DNA of 63,675 nucleotides, the filler included, from Octopus bimaculoides (taxonomy: Eukaryota): NCBI RefSeq assembly GCF_001194135.2. It is 6 parts of 6 records of this genome, joined end to end, with 100 filler letters (N's around TTAATTAATTAA, not from the genome) between each part and the next. Parts side by side here need not be neighbours in the genome. Positions count along the whole stretch, not along the records: positions 1 to 16,441 come from NC_068981.1; positions 16,542 to 43,048 come from NC_068985.1; 4 more parts are not named here. The stretch is one strand, 5' to 3'. Numbering within the stretch: position 1 is the first letter of the stretch; each line of letters begins with the position of its first letter. Under the pieces are notes generated by a model. The model was not told the origin of the DNA and made no database searches. It was given only the letters and a program-made list of their open reading frames with translations. The translations under genes and the position numbers were made by a program. Positions 13,318-25,079 of the stretch are shown here, piece after piece.

Positions 13318-13580
13318 CTCTCTCTCACTCACTCACACACCCGCATCTACAAACATTCATAGATATGTAAACATACACACAAACACATATATATGTATAT
13401 ATATATTACATACACACACACGCACACATGTAATATGCATGTGGTACATGTAGAGATACATATATATGGATATATATATATAAACATATATAGTCATATG
13501 TTTATGTGTGTATGCGTGTTTATGAGTGTGTGTGTTTGTGCGTGCGTTTGTGTGTTTAAACACTGTTTAATAACAATAAC

Positions 13581-13950
13581 GCAATGGCCCAGTGGTTAGG
13601 GCAGCGGACTCGCGGTCATAGGATCACGGTTTCGATTCCCAGACCGGGCGTTGTGAGTGTTTATTGAGCGAAAACACCTAAAGCTCCAGGGGGATGGTGG
13701 TGAACCCTGCTGTACTCTTTCACCACAATTTTCTCTCACTCTTACTTCCTGTTTCTGTTGTGCCTGTAATTCAAAGGGCCAGCCTTGCCACACTGTGTCA
13801 CGCTGAATATCCCCGAGAACTACGTTAAGGGTACACGTGTCTGTGGAGTGCTCAGCCACTTGCACGTTAATTTCACGAGCAGGCTGTTCCGTTGATCGGA
13901 TCGACTGGAACCCTCGTCGTCGTAAGCGACGGAGTGCCAACAATAACAAT
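13581..13950 (+). mobile_element. SINE family C, full length
   Basis: tRNA-like head GCAATGGCCCAGTGGTTAGG...GGTTTCGATTCCC and tail ending GGAGTGCCAACAATAACAA. Collinear with 52255-52634. Confidence 0.9.
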
Positions 13951-13956
13951 ATAACG

Positions 13957-14030
13957 TGTGCCGTAGCGTAAGCGGTAAACTCCTGTAAACGAGATAATTT
14001 TGAGCTCCAGGTTCGATTACTGGTTCCTCG
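13957..14030 (+). mobile_element. Degenerate tRNA-derived SINE head
   Basis: TAGCGTAAGCGG (A box-like) and GGTTCGATTAC (B box-like). No complete cloverleaf. Confidence 0.4.
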
Positions 14031-14473
14031 CTATTTTACTTGCATTGTTAATCTCTTTTGTAAAGAGATGAACATCTTTTAATCACTTTCCCCACAGATC
14101 CGATCAAATACTGATAAACACAGCTGATCATAAAAGTGACATTAATTGGTTCCGATTATTGTGCAAGTCCGATGTATATTGTTTTATACGCTGGCTATAA
14201 TTAGGCCAAATGAATGGGTAGCTTAAGCGTCGGGATCTTTTGGGTCAAGAGTTCAATACCACTGGAGGTCGGGGTGTTGTACTTATACGCATGTGTGTGT
14301 GGGTGTGGTGGTGCTTATGGTAAATAAACTAATTTCAAATTGCATTTTGTTGTTGGAAATAGGAAAGTGAATGTGTGTGTGTGTGTATGTGTGTGTGTGT
14401 ATGTGTGTGTCTGTGTATGTTGTGTGTGTGAGTATGTCCCTCTCCGTTCTCTCCCTCTATGCTTCTATCTGTT

Positions 14474-14580
14474 CTCTCTCTTTCTGTCTCCCCCTCTCTC
14501 TTTCTGTCTCCCCCTCTCTCTTTCTGTCTCCCCCTCTCTCTTTCTGTCTTCCCTTCTCTCTTTCTGTTTCCCCCCTCTCT
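14474..14580. repeat. 20-bp pyrimidine minisatellite (TTTCTGTCTCCCCCTCTCTC) x about 5
   Basis: Period 20 is visible at 14481, 14501, 14521, 14541 and 14561. Confidence 0.9.
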
Positions 14581-14889
14581 GTCTGTCTGTGTAAGCAAGA
14601 ATTTCATATTGAAAGTACGCAACAAACCAAACTCCTGACGGAACTAGAAAATCTTTATTTGGTGAGCGATCGCATTATCAATCAAAATGTAATATAATCA
14701 ACCAGTAACGTAGTTACGCAGCTATCGCTAAATACCCGTTTCGTGTGTTTTCATTGTTTTGTTATTCGTTTAAGATCATAAATTGTTGCTTAAATGAGTG
14801 CAATGTGTTTAATATTACAAGCACATGNNNNNNNNNNNNNNNNNNNNNNNNNNNNNNNNNNNNNNNNNNNNNNNNNNNNNNNNNNNNNN

Positions 14890-14953
<64 letters not shown>

Positions 14954-15389
14954 AAATATACCTTGTGTTTTCGTTCTTAGCTCGTTGACATCTCTTCAGC
15001 AACGCTGTTGAAGCGGTACCATTCACCGTTGATGCTGGATAAATTTATTTACCTCCATTCTCCTGTATAGTATTAAATCTTATTATGCAGTAGACCCGTA
15101 TCAACGTCTGCTCGACATAATCAAATATGATTTCCCTATGTTGCTATTTATCATCCAGGTCATTCACTTCTTGTGATAGGGAAAGAGAGTAAAGGAAGTG
15201 TAGCAAGCACCTATAACATTTCCCCTTCTGAAATCCCGTGTTTGTATCCCTTAATCATTTCTACGCTACACTGTCTGCTGCGTTATTTATAGCAGCTCTT
15301 TCTGGGCATTCACAGGTGCCCAGATTTATCGTCGACACAGCATGTGGTTAAGCTTGCAGTAATCCTACATGATAGACTGCAGTTTCAAA

Positions 15390-15910
15390 CCTGATGGAAA
15401 CCATTTCATCTTCTTATATTATCAATTCTCTTGCTAAAAGTATGAACATCTCTTCACCTCATTTCTCCTTTGCATTAAATATCATAAATCATTCTTCTTG
15501 TCTTATTATTTTTCGTAACACTGCTTTATTGTACTATCGAGCGCAAAGTTTTGTTTTGAGTTGGTACTTTGTAAAACAGCCCAAACTCAATAACTTTGGA
15601 TGTATCTGCTTTAGTCTGATACAACCAACATCCACTGGCTCGGGAGCGAAATTTGCTTTGGCTGTGCAAACTCAGATTCAAAATTTTTTACAAATAAGAT
15701 CTTATTGTGTTTTTTTTTTATATACTTATGTTCGTTGTTTGTTATTTGAGAAGCAACCTAACTTCAAGCTACTTTTTATAAATCACTTTTTACGCACTTT
15801 TCTATACCCGAGAAAAGTAAGTAGGAGTGCAAATCTTGATTTTGCACCCAACAAAAGTTTTAAGAGGTGCACCTGCATCCCCTTTACCCCTCTGTTCCCG
15901 GGACTATGCT
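15390..15910 (-). mobile_element. Probable decayed DNA transposon remnant (hAT-like)
   Basis: The minus strand begins CATAGTCCCGGGAACAGAGGGG...GCAGGTGCACC, resembling hAT termini, with only weak hAT C-terminal-like peptide traces. The 236-aa + strand ORF here has no recognisable similarity. Confidence 0.35.
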
Positions 15911-16251
15911 TTCATGCTAGTTTTCTAGTGAAGATTAGATGTGTCACATTTCTATGTGACGGTGTTCTCAATGAGATGGCTATCGAAGAGAATTTACTAA
16001 CTAATCTATTACGAAAGACTGTAAGCACTTGGGACTATGGATCACTTCCTTCCTTGGGCTTCTACAAACACTGGGAAGAGTGTGTCATGGTTGGTTTGAA
16101 ATGAAAGCTCTACAGGCTCAGAAGGGCCGCCAGCCGGGTCTGTCCGAGGTGCGTGCAAGAGCGTCGAAAGCACCCTCCACGCAGTCGTTCAGAGTTCGAA
16201 TATTGTTGTCGAGCGTTCAGTAGATGCGAGATCAAGGACTTTCTCTGAGAT

Positions 16252-16389
16252 GATGTGCTGGACTCGAAAGACAGAACTGAATAAAAAGGGGTCCCTTGCC
16301 GATTCAATAATCTTTCGATTGATGTGCTGGACTCGAAAGACAGAACTGAATAGAAAGGGGTCCCTTGCCGATTCAATAATCTTTCGATT
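16252..16389. repeat. 69-bp direct tandem duplication with 1 mismatch
   Basis: Units start GATGTGCTGGACTCG at 16252 and 16321 and differ only at ATAAAAAG/ATAGAAAG. Confidence 0.95.
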
Positions 16390-16441
16390 TAAGAATATAA
16401 AACGACTGGCAATAAAATGAAAGATATTGAACCTAAAAGAA

Positions 16442-16541
16442 NNNNNNNNNNNNNNNNNNNNNNNNNNNNNNNNNNNNNNNNNNNNTTAATTAATTAANNN
16501 NNNNNNNNNNNNNNNNNNNNNNNNNNNNNNNNNNNNNNNNN
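16442..16541. other. Artificial scaffold join (44 N + TTAATTAATTAA + 44 N)
   Basis: The same 100-bp structure recurs at 43049-43148, 53402-53501, 58275-58374 and 61771-61870. The 12-mer has stops in all six frames. Confidence 0.95.
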
Positions 16542-17422
16542 TATATATATATATATATATATATACATATATATATACAGACAGTGTGCATAACTGTTTT
16601 GTTATTCTGCAAAGTTTATAAGTGTCAATCGAAACGTTTAGGTTTTTGTCCTTATCCAAAACTTCTTCACAAAGTGCTTTACTGAAAAACTTTTACGATT
16701 CAGTCCGTAAGTACAGAAAAGAATAGGGAAAAACGTATTGCTGCTGACGAACAATAGAGAATGCTACAGGATAATAGAGACGAGGCTTACTGCAAATTCA
16801 CGTTGCATATTTAAGTGCTGGCTAAGCAAATTTAGCTCAATTGAAACGATTTCTGAACACGAATCTAATACGAGTGTTTTGAATTAAAGTAATTTATCTT
16901 CATTTATGACCAACAAAAATTCTAAGTATCTGATGAATTGATCAAAAATAGACTGAAATAAGGTTAGCAGTATCAGTTACTGTCATTGTTTAGTGATGGT
17001 TATCGATCATTTGAAAGAATTTGTAAAAGACAATCGACAAAGTGGTATTAGATTACATTGAAATAAGTGCTCTTTTATAATTAAAATATGGCGAGTTTAG
17101 CTCTAAGATGCTGATTTAAAAGAATGTGTGCCAGGAAAGAGTTTTTTTTTGCATATTCATAAATTGATGGCTATTTTAATTAAGAGGCACATATCTATCG
17201 TGGTGTGGGTTTTTATGTAAAAGTGAAGACAACGTAGATCTCAGATACCATTTTAGGTGTAAATCCTATTTCATTTATTAAAGTACAGTAACTTTCTCAT
17301 AGGTTTATGTTAATAGCAGACGATATGAATTTAGAAAAATATATGAGTTGTGCAATGGGTAGTACTCCTTCTATGGTAGGAAGTAAATATTTAATTTAAG
17401 GATACAACATCCTTCACCAGTG

Positions 17423-17660
17423 CTATGGACTCATAAGAACCAGTTCCCTAGTTTCCGTGGCGTATGTATATATATTTATCTCCCTGAACGAGATGCCGGT
17501 CCATCACAGGATTACTTACTTTTACCAGCTGAGTAAGCTGAAGCAATGTGAAATGAAGTATTTTGCTCAAGAAACCAACGCGTCACCCTGTCTAAGAATT
17601 GAAACTACAATCTTACAATCATGAGTCCAACGCCGTAACCACAAGGCCACACGCCTCCAC
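17423..17660 (-). mobile_element. SINE family F (tRNA head plus CORE-like domain)
   Basis: Minus strand reads GTGGAGGCGTGTGGCCTTGTGGTTA...TCTTGAGCAAAATACTTCATTTCACATTGCTTCAG. Related to 21370-21505 and 52045-52185. Confidence 0.75.
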
Positions 17661-17857
17661 AATAATTTAATTTGGACAAGAATAGTAGAGATATGATTAA
17701 AACGTCTGCAAATCATGTGTTTATGTTATATTGTATTTCATTTTAGTATTTGGTTTGCTAGATTCTTGGATATGGAATCATGTGCTGAAGCAAGAGAAAT
17801 GGTAATACACGAGATGCCACTTCTTTTACTACTATTGGTGACACTATTGGTGCCACT

Positions 17858-18052
17858 AAGGTGGCAGGATTGTTAGCACCCTGGACAAAATGCTTAGCGG
17901 TATTTCGCTACGTTCTGAGTTCAAATTCCGCCGAGGTCGACTTTGCCTTCCATTCTGTTGGAGTCGATAAATTAAGTACTAGTGAAACACTGCAATCGAC
18001 CAGTCCCTTCTCCACAAACTTCAGACCTTGTGCATTAACAGAAAGAATTATT
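17858..18052 (+). mobile_element. SINE family B
   Basis: Contains TTCTGAGTTCAAATTCCGCCGAGGTCGACTTTGCCTT, shared with all B copies. Confidence 0.9.
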
Positions 18053-18504
18053 GCTCAATTAATTAAACCTTTTATCAATTAACTAACGGATTGTTTGTTA
18101 AAACGTTCTGGCAGTCAATGAACCAACCAAGGTTGTCAAAACCTTTTCATCACCATTTGTAACCTCCTCAGTGTCATACACTACTTACTCCAAGACTGCT
18201 TCAGGCTTATTTACCTTTATGTATTTAGCATTATTTTGAAAGACTTCCACCAACCTTAGCATTTTCATAACTGAGATTCCAGTCAAGTTTTCTAATATCG
18301 ATTTGCATATAACAAACATATCGTCAGATCTAAATACTTACAAAGTAATTTCATAATTTCAGGAAATTTCTGAAACTGCATTGATGTTAAATGAAGAACT
18401 GTTTTCTTTTATTCATTGTTTTTAAATTTTACTATTCTATTAAATTAGCAAGAACTAAAAAGTTATTTCAAACCAAAAGAAAATTATTTCCGAATAGGAA
18501 ACGG

Positions 18505-18880
18505 TTATATAGTTAAGAATCTTGCTTCGCAACCATTTGGCTATAGATTCAGCCCCAGTGTGCAGTAAATTAGACAAATGCCTTATTCTACAGCTCCCTA
18601 TAAACCAATACCGTGTGAGTGAATTTGGTTGATAGAAACTGTGTACAAGACTGTTATGTGTGCGTGTGTGTGTACAGTTCTTTGTTTGTTTCCACATCGT
18701 TTGACTGCTGGTTTTCGTTTTTTACGTCCTCGTAAATTAGCAATTCGGCAATTAGATAGAATAACGAACAGACTTTAAAAGAATAAGAAGTGAGGGTAGT
18801 TTTTCCCTGAACCATTCAAGTTGGTGCCCCAGCATGGCCTGAGTCGAATAACTGAAACAAGTGAAAAAAAAAAGAGAAAA
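18505..18880 (+). mobile_element. Diverged SINE family A
   Basis: Decayed head, GTGTGAGTGAATTTGGTTGATAGAAACTG, and tail CCCCAGCATGGCC...ACTGAAACAAG. Confidence 0.7.
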
Positions 18881-19376
18881 AACGAACATAGTACAGACCA
18901 GAATATTGGAGAAAATCGTCAAAGATGAAAAGGAAAGCTTTGCATTTTCTGTTTATTATATACATTGTAAAAAATCTCGATAATGTAAATGAAATGTTTC
19001 ATCTTCTATTAATAAGATGTCTGAACTGTTAAAAGTGTTAGACATACTTAGAAAAATTTTCCATTAGACGATTTCTAATATTAATGGCTTTAAAAAAGAC
19101 ATTCAGAAGATATATTCGGCAAAATATTTTAATAATTTGTATATCGAAAGATTTATTTGAAATACAATTTTCGATGTATTTATTCTTCAAGTAATAAAAC
19201 AGTATTCTAAAGTAGACTTAAAATAGATAACATCTCGTATCCAGTCAATAATATAGACGCAAAATATAACAGAGAGAAGGAAATTTATTGTTAAAATAAT
19301 ATTAATTCAAATTTTCATACTTCGAAATTTTCTCTTGTATTATACGCGTATATTTTGTTACGGTGGCTATTATATA

Positions 19377-19540
19377 TATTCTTTTATTCTTTTATTTGTT
19401 TCAGTCATTTGGCTGCGGCCATGCTAGAGCGCCGCCTTTTGTCGAAGAAATCGATCTCAGGACTTCTTCTTTGTAAGCCTAGTACTTATTCTATCGTTCT
19501 CTTTTGCCGAAACGTTAAGTTTCGGGGACGTAATACTGAT
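19377..19540 (-). mobile_element. SINE family A, 3' module only
   Basis: Matches 3261-3410. Confidence 0.85.
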
Positions 19541-19679
19541 AAAATGTGGTAAGGAATAGATGTGTTAAGCTCTTAGTTTTAAAAGCCACGTAACTGTTCG
19601 ATCTGCTGGCGAGGTAACTGTTTTAATCTAAACATACACTGTGTCTGGGTACACAAGTAATTATCATTTCGATATATCA

Positions 19680-19942
19680 TTTCTTCGAAACGCGGAGTAG
19701 ATGGAACAGGGACAACTGAAAAAGGGAAATATTCTTTGTGTTGCACGTCTCGTTCCTCTGGTTTCTTTTTCGTTGTTCGAAAAAAAGTTCGTTTTCTGTC
19801 TTCGTCTTTATGTTTTCGTTTCTCATTGTGTTTGACGTTTTTTGTGGTGTCCTGTACCCATATATGCATGTGTGTACGCATATAGATGTAGGTATGTACA
19901 TATATGTATGGATATATGCACATATTTATATATTATTTATGT

Positions 19943-19950
<8 letters not shown>
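19680..19950 (+). mobile_element. Unclassified interspersed repeat family D (possibly derived from a Penelope pseudo-LTR)
   Basis: Four copies (19680, 38432, 43149, 62927) share CTTCGAAA(C/T)GC, CTGATGAAG-like and TGTCCTGTACCCA(T/G)ATATGCA segments, and all end in (TA)n or (CA)n. Confidence 0.7.
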
Positions 19951-19990
<40 letters not shown>

Positions 19991-20393
19991 CAAATGGTGA
20001 GGGATTATCAATCCGGGCAAAATACTTCATAAACTCCCTATTGGAACACTAGGCTAACGATATTATTTAGATTAGAGAACTCCAAGTAATCTTTTGGTAG
20101 GGTCCCAAGTCATGGCTCATCACAATTCTACATCGTAAATCTGTGGATGAGCTTCAGATAAATTGTTTTTTACAGAGTGATATATAAGAGACAAATTAAA
20201 AGTAATGTTCATTTCATATAAGTCCTTTATTAGAGCAAACTTGGCTTACAACTGTTTCCAGTAGTCATTATAAGTACATTATATACATATGTGTGTGCGT
20301 GTGTGTATCTATGTATGATGGATTCTCCTGTCGATAACGACGTATGAGCGTTCAGCTTCTGCCGAACGACCTGCACAAATGATTTGCTTAGAG

Positions 20394-20752
20394 CAGTGGT
20401 CCTTAAGTAGGGTCAAGATGGCCACTGAGGGGGAGAGGGCATTGATTTGGGGGCACGCAACAAAATAGTAATTGGGGATCCACGGCAGTATTTTAAGAAT
20501 CCCTGAAAAGATTTTGCTTTAGATGTATGCACAGACAGGTATCTTTCTCCAACATTTTACACAGTTCACAGGCGTAGGAGTGGCTGTGTAGTAAGTAGCT
20601 TTCTTACGAATCACATGGTACCGGGTTCAATCCTACTGCGTGGCACCTTGGGCAAAGAGTCTTCTACTAGCCTCGGGCCGACCAAAGCCTTGTGAGTGGA
20701 TTTGGTAGACAGAAACTGAAAGAAGCTCGTCGTATATATGTATATATATATC

Positions 20753-20815
<63 letters not shown>

Positions 20816-21283
20816 NNNNNNNNNNNNNNNNNNNNNNNNNNNNNNNNNNNNNNNNNNNNNNNNNNNNNNNNNNNNNNNNNNNNNNNNNNNNNNNNNNNNN
20901 NNNNNNNNNNNNNNNNNNNNNNNNNGTGCTTGTGTGTCTGTGTTTGTCCTCCTCACATTGCTTAACAACCTATGCTGGTTTGCTTATGGCCCCGTAACTT
21001 AGCGATTCGGCAAAAGAGACCGATAGAATAAGTACTAGGCTTACAAAGAATAAGTATTGGGGTCGATTTTCTCGAATAAAAGGCGGTGCTCCAGCATGGC
21101 CACAGTCAAATGACTGAAACAAGTAAAAGAGTAAAAGAGAGAGAATTCAACCTACACAAATAGGTATTTTGAAAGGAGTTTCTATAAAACTATTTTTAAA
21201 CATAGAATAGCTATGAGAGTCCTCCAGAATAAAATAATAATTAGAGGGGTCCATAGATAAAAAAAAATGGCTGAGAACCCCTG
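20394..21283 (+). mobile_element. hAT MITE interrupted by a full SINE A
   Basis: CAGTGGTCCTTAAG ... CTGAGAACCCCTG with 8-bp flanks GCTTAGAG and GTTTAGAG (1 mismatch; TSD). Confidence 0.75.
20570..21140 (+). mobile_element. SINE family A, full length, N gap inside its internal microsatellite
   Basis: Head AGGCGTAGGAGTGGCTGTGTAGTAAG; tail ACTGAAACAAGTAAAAGAGTAAAAGAG. Confidence 0.9.
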
Positions 21284-21369
21284 GTTTAGAGTGATGAAAT
21301 GCTAGTATCGTACTCACTCTCACCATCAAAGCGACGTTGTCTGAACAGGTGCACGGCGTACCGCGCTTC

Positions 21370-21505
21370 GGTTGACAAAGTGATCGCAGAACAATGCGTG
21401 ATGAAGTGTAGTGTTTTGCCTAAGAACACAACGCATCATCTGGTTTAGGAGTTGAAACCACTATTTGGCGATCGCAAGTGCAAGGCCCTAACCACTAGGC
21501 CATGT
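21370..21505 (-). mobile_element. SINE family F head and CORE-like part, diverged
   Basis: Similar to 17520-17660. Confidence 0.6.
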
Positions 21506-21528
21506 ATATGTTTGTGTGTGTGTGTGTA

Positions 21529-21564
<36 letters not shown>

Positions 21565-22469
21565 TATGTGTGCGTGCATATACATATATGTATTCATAGC
21601 AGGTTAGATGTGAATATTTCCTCCGTCATTTCGCTTTCAATAGATGCATACATGTATACAAATAGACATATAGACATACATTCGTACTTACACGATGCAT
21701 ACTTACATACACACGTTCACACACGCGCATACATAATCGCATGCATGCATTACAAGGTCGTAGCATTACTAAAACAACATACGCCATGTTATTCATCTCC
21801 ACGCGTACACCCACTTACACTCACACACACACACATGCACAAGCATACACATACGTACACGCAATAAGAGTAACAAAACCAAAAACAACAACAACAACAA
21901 CAATAGTAGTAGAAACAATAAAAACATAAATATACTGGCGGCAACAGAGAAGGAAAAAGGGGGAAATAATCTTGGTTAAACAAGGATTCTTCTGGAAACC
22001 ACCATTTTCTTTTTTTTTTTCTTTTCTTCTCGCGTTGATATGCTCGGCTAATACCATTCTTAAGTTCCATGTCAAACTAACATTATAAACTAGAATGAGA
22101 GGTAAACCAGATTACAGGCAGGATGTTTAGTGTCATGCATCTTGTTCTAACACTGGCGGTCATCTGAACAAACCAAACAAATTGCAATGGAATTGGCACT
22201 TTTGGCACTGATTTACTGAACGTCTGTGAATACATACATAATATACATTTGCTACACTTATATGCAGATGCATATATATATGTGTGTGTGTGCGTGTGCG
22301 TGTGCGAGGATGTGCGAGGGTGTGTGTGTGTGTCTGTTTGTGTTTGTGTGTGTAAGACCTGTGGTGTGTGTATTAATATATACACAAACATATAAATATG
22401 TATGCATATACTCGCACGCAAGTATGTATGTATGTGTGTACGTATGTATGTATATATATATATTTATAC

Positions 22470-22505
<36 letters not shown>

Positions 22506-24025
22506 NNNNNNNNNNNNNNNNNNNNNNNNNNNNNNNNNNNNNNNNNNNNNNNNNNNNNNNNNNNNNNNNNNNNNNNNNNNNNNNNNNNNNNNNNNNNNNN
22601 NNNNNNNNNNNNNNNNNNNNNNNNNNNNNNNNNNNNNNNNNNNNNNNNNNNNNNNNNNNNNNNNNNNNNNNNNNNNNNNNNNNNNNNNNNNNNNNNNNNN
22701 NNNNNNNNNNNNNNNNNNNNNNNNNNNNNNNNNNNNNNNNNNNNNNNNNNNNNNNNNNNNNNNNNNNNNNNNNNNNNNNNNNNNNNNNNNNNNNNNNNNN
22801 NNNNNNNNNNNNNNNNNNNNTATATATATGCACACGTGCACACATGTGTATAGTCATATATACATATAAAACGTGACATCTGTTACGAATAGAACAGAAA
22901 TACGCCATATTGTCATGACCTAAGATTCCATCCATCTATCTAGCAGCCAATTTTTAACAGTCTATAGAGGAATGTCACTCCCCTTCTATTCTTTATATTC
23001 TGACGTAATCGAAAGATATCCGGATTAAGTCGTCTCGTCTCTGCATCACGCTTCACTTGCCGTCATCTTTACAGCTGCTGTCTCAATGGCGACAAAACAT
23101 CTTCTGACTTGCTTTCTTTCTTGAGTTCATTTTCGTTGATCATTTTTCTTCTTGTATTTATTTTACCTTATTTTCATTAGTCTATTTTATTTCATTTTAT
23201 TTTATTTTTATTAGTATTATTATCTTGGTTTTACGCTTCAGTAACGATATGTGTGCATAGGGACTAAATAAGAGAGAAGAGAAACTTTAAAATTGAATCT
23301 ATATATATGCGTGTGTGTGCATGTATGTGCACGCGTGCTTATGTGTGTCTATATATATGTGTATAAGTATATATATATATATATNNNNNNNNNNNNNNNN
23401 NNNNNNNNNNNNNNNNNNNNNNNNNNNNNNNNNNNNNNNNNNNNNNNNNNNNNNNNNNNNNNNNNNNNNNNNNNNNNNNNNNNNNNNNNNNNNNNNNNNN
23501 NNNNNNNNNNNNNNNNNNNNNNNNNNNNNNNNNNNNNNNNNNNNNNNNNNNNNNNNNNNNNNNNNNNNNNNNNNNNNNNNNNNNNNNNNNNNNNNNNNNN
23601 NNNNNNNNNNNNNNNNNNNNNNNNNNNNNNNNNNNNNNNNNNNNNNNNNNNNNNNNNNNNNNNNNNNNNNNNNNNNNNNNNNNNNNNNNNNNNNNNNNNN
23701 NNNNNNNNNNNNNNNNNNNNNNNNNNNNNNNNNNNNNNNNNNNNNNNNNNNNNNNNNNNNNNNNNNNNNNNNNNNNNNNNNNNNNNNNNNNNNNNNNNNN
23801 NNNNNNNNNNNNNNNNNNNNNNNNNNNNNNNNNNNNNNNNNNNNNNNNNNNNNNNNNNNNNNNNNNNNNNNNNNNNNNNNNNNNNNNNNNNNNNNNNNNN
23901 NNNNNNNNNNNNNNNNNNNNNNNNNNNNNNNNNNNNNNNNNNNNNNNNNNNNNNNNNNNNNNNNNNNNNNNNNNNNNNNNNNNNNNNNNNNNNNNNNNNN
24001 NNNNNNNNNNNNNNNNNNNNNNNNN

Positions 24026-24082
24026 GTGGTGGTGGTGCTGGTGGTGGTGCTGGTGGTGGTGGTGGTGGTGGTTGTGGTGGTG

Positions 24083-24145
<63 letters not shown>

Positions 24146-24175
24146 ACAGCAGCAGCAACAGTAGCCGCAAAAACA
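24026..24175. repeat. (GGT)n(AGT)n(AGC) compound trinucleotide repeat
   Basis: Read directly from the sequence. Confidence 0.95.
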
Positions 24176-24732
24176 GTGGGAGAGATGATCATGATCATGA
24201 AAATGAAAAATAACAATAACAATTTAAGTGAAAGGAAAACAACAATCGCTTTCCACCGGCCCACTGAAGATTTCTTAAGATACGGCAAAGATTAGAGACA
24301 TAACGTAAGTTTTATTCCAAATAGAATTTACGAAATCACTGCTAATGACCGAAATAAAGCGAGCATATCAGATCTTGCAAATATGTGCATGTGTGAGTAG
24401 CGTGCGTACGTTACGTATGTGCGTGTGTGTGTGTATCTTCTATATACGTAAGTATGTATGTTTATTAATGTTCTTGTTTTAAGTTATATGTGAAATCAAT
24501 TAAACATGAAATTGAAGAATTATTCAGAACATGTTTATTATGCTTTCCCGTGACCAGAGGTCATAGTGACTTTGAACTTTCGGCTTTCTGATAAAGACAG
24601 ATTGGAAGCAAGCTTCTTACCACATAGCTCCTCGCAGATATTCATATATATATGGAAAGAACAGTAACAGGAACTTAATGGCAGAACGAGGAAACAGAGA
24701 AAAAGAGTGAAAGAGAAATTGGTATTATAGTA

Positions 24733-25026
24733 CTGAGGTCCTCAACCACAGAGCTGCAGACCAGTACCGGTCAGTGAATCATTTATTATCGGCCCGCAAA
24801 GAAATAATCAACTTTTTTTCTTTTATTTGTTTCAGTCATTTGACTGTGGCCATGCTGGAGCACCGCCTTTAGTCGAGCAAATCGACCCCAGGACTTATTC
24901 TTTGTAAGCCTAGTACTTATTCTATCGTGCTCTTTTTGCCGAACCGCTAAGTTACGGGGACGTAAACACAACACCATCGGTTGTCAAGCGATGTTGGGGG
25001 AGACAAAAACAGACACACAAACATAT

Positions 25027-25079
<53 letters not shown>

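Noticed and set aside
13581-13660. Functional tRNA genes (here and at other SINE heads)
   Set aside because: Only A/B-box-like segments are present. They continue into SINE bodies, with no acceptor stem closure or pol III terminator.
14950-15070. Possible minus-strand exon (INGEWYRFNSVAEEMSTS*)
   Set aside because: Acceptor and frame combinations are inconsistent, and the peptide is short and unrecognised.
15394-16104. 236-aa + strand ORF
   Set aside because: F/L/S-rich composition typical of antisense AT-rich DNA, with no recognisable domain; it overlaps a probable transposon remnant on the other strand.
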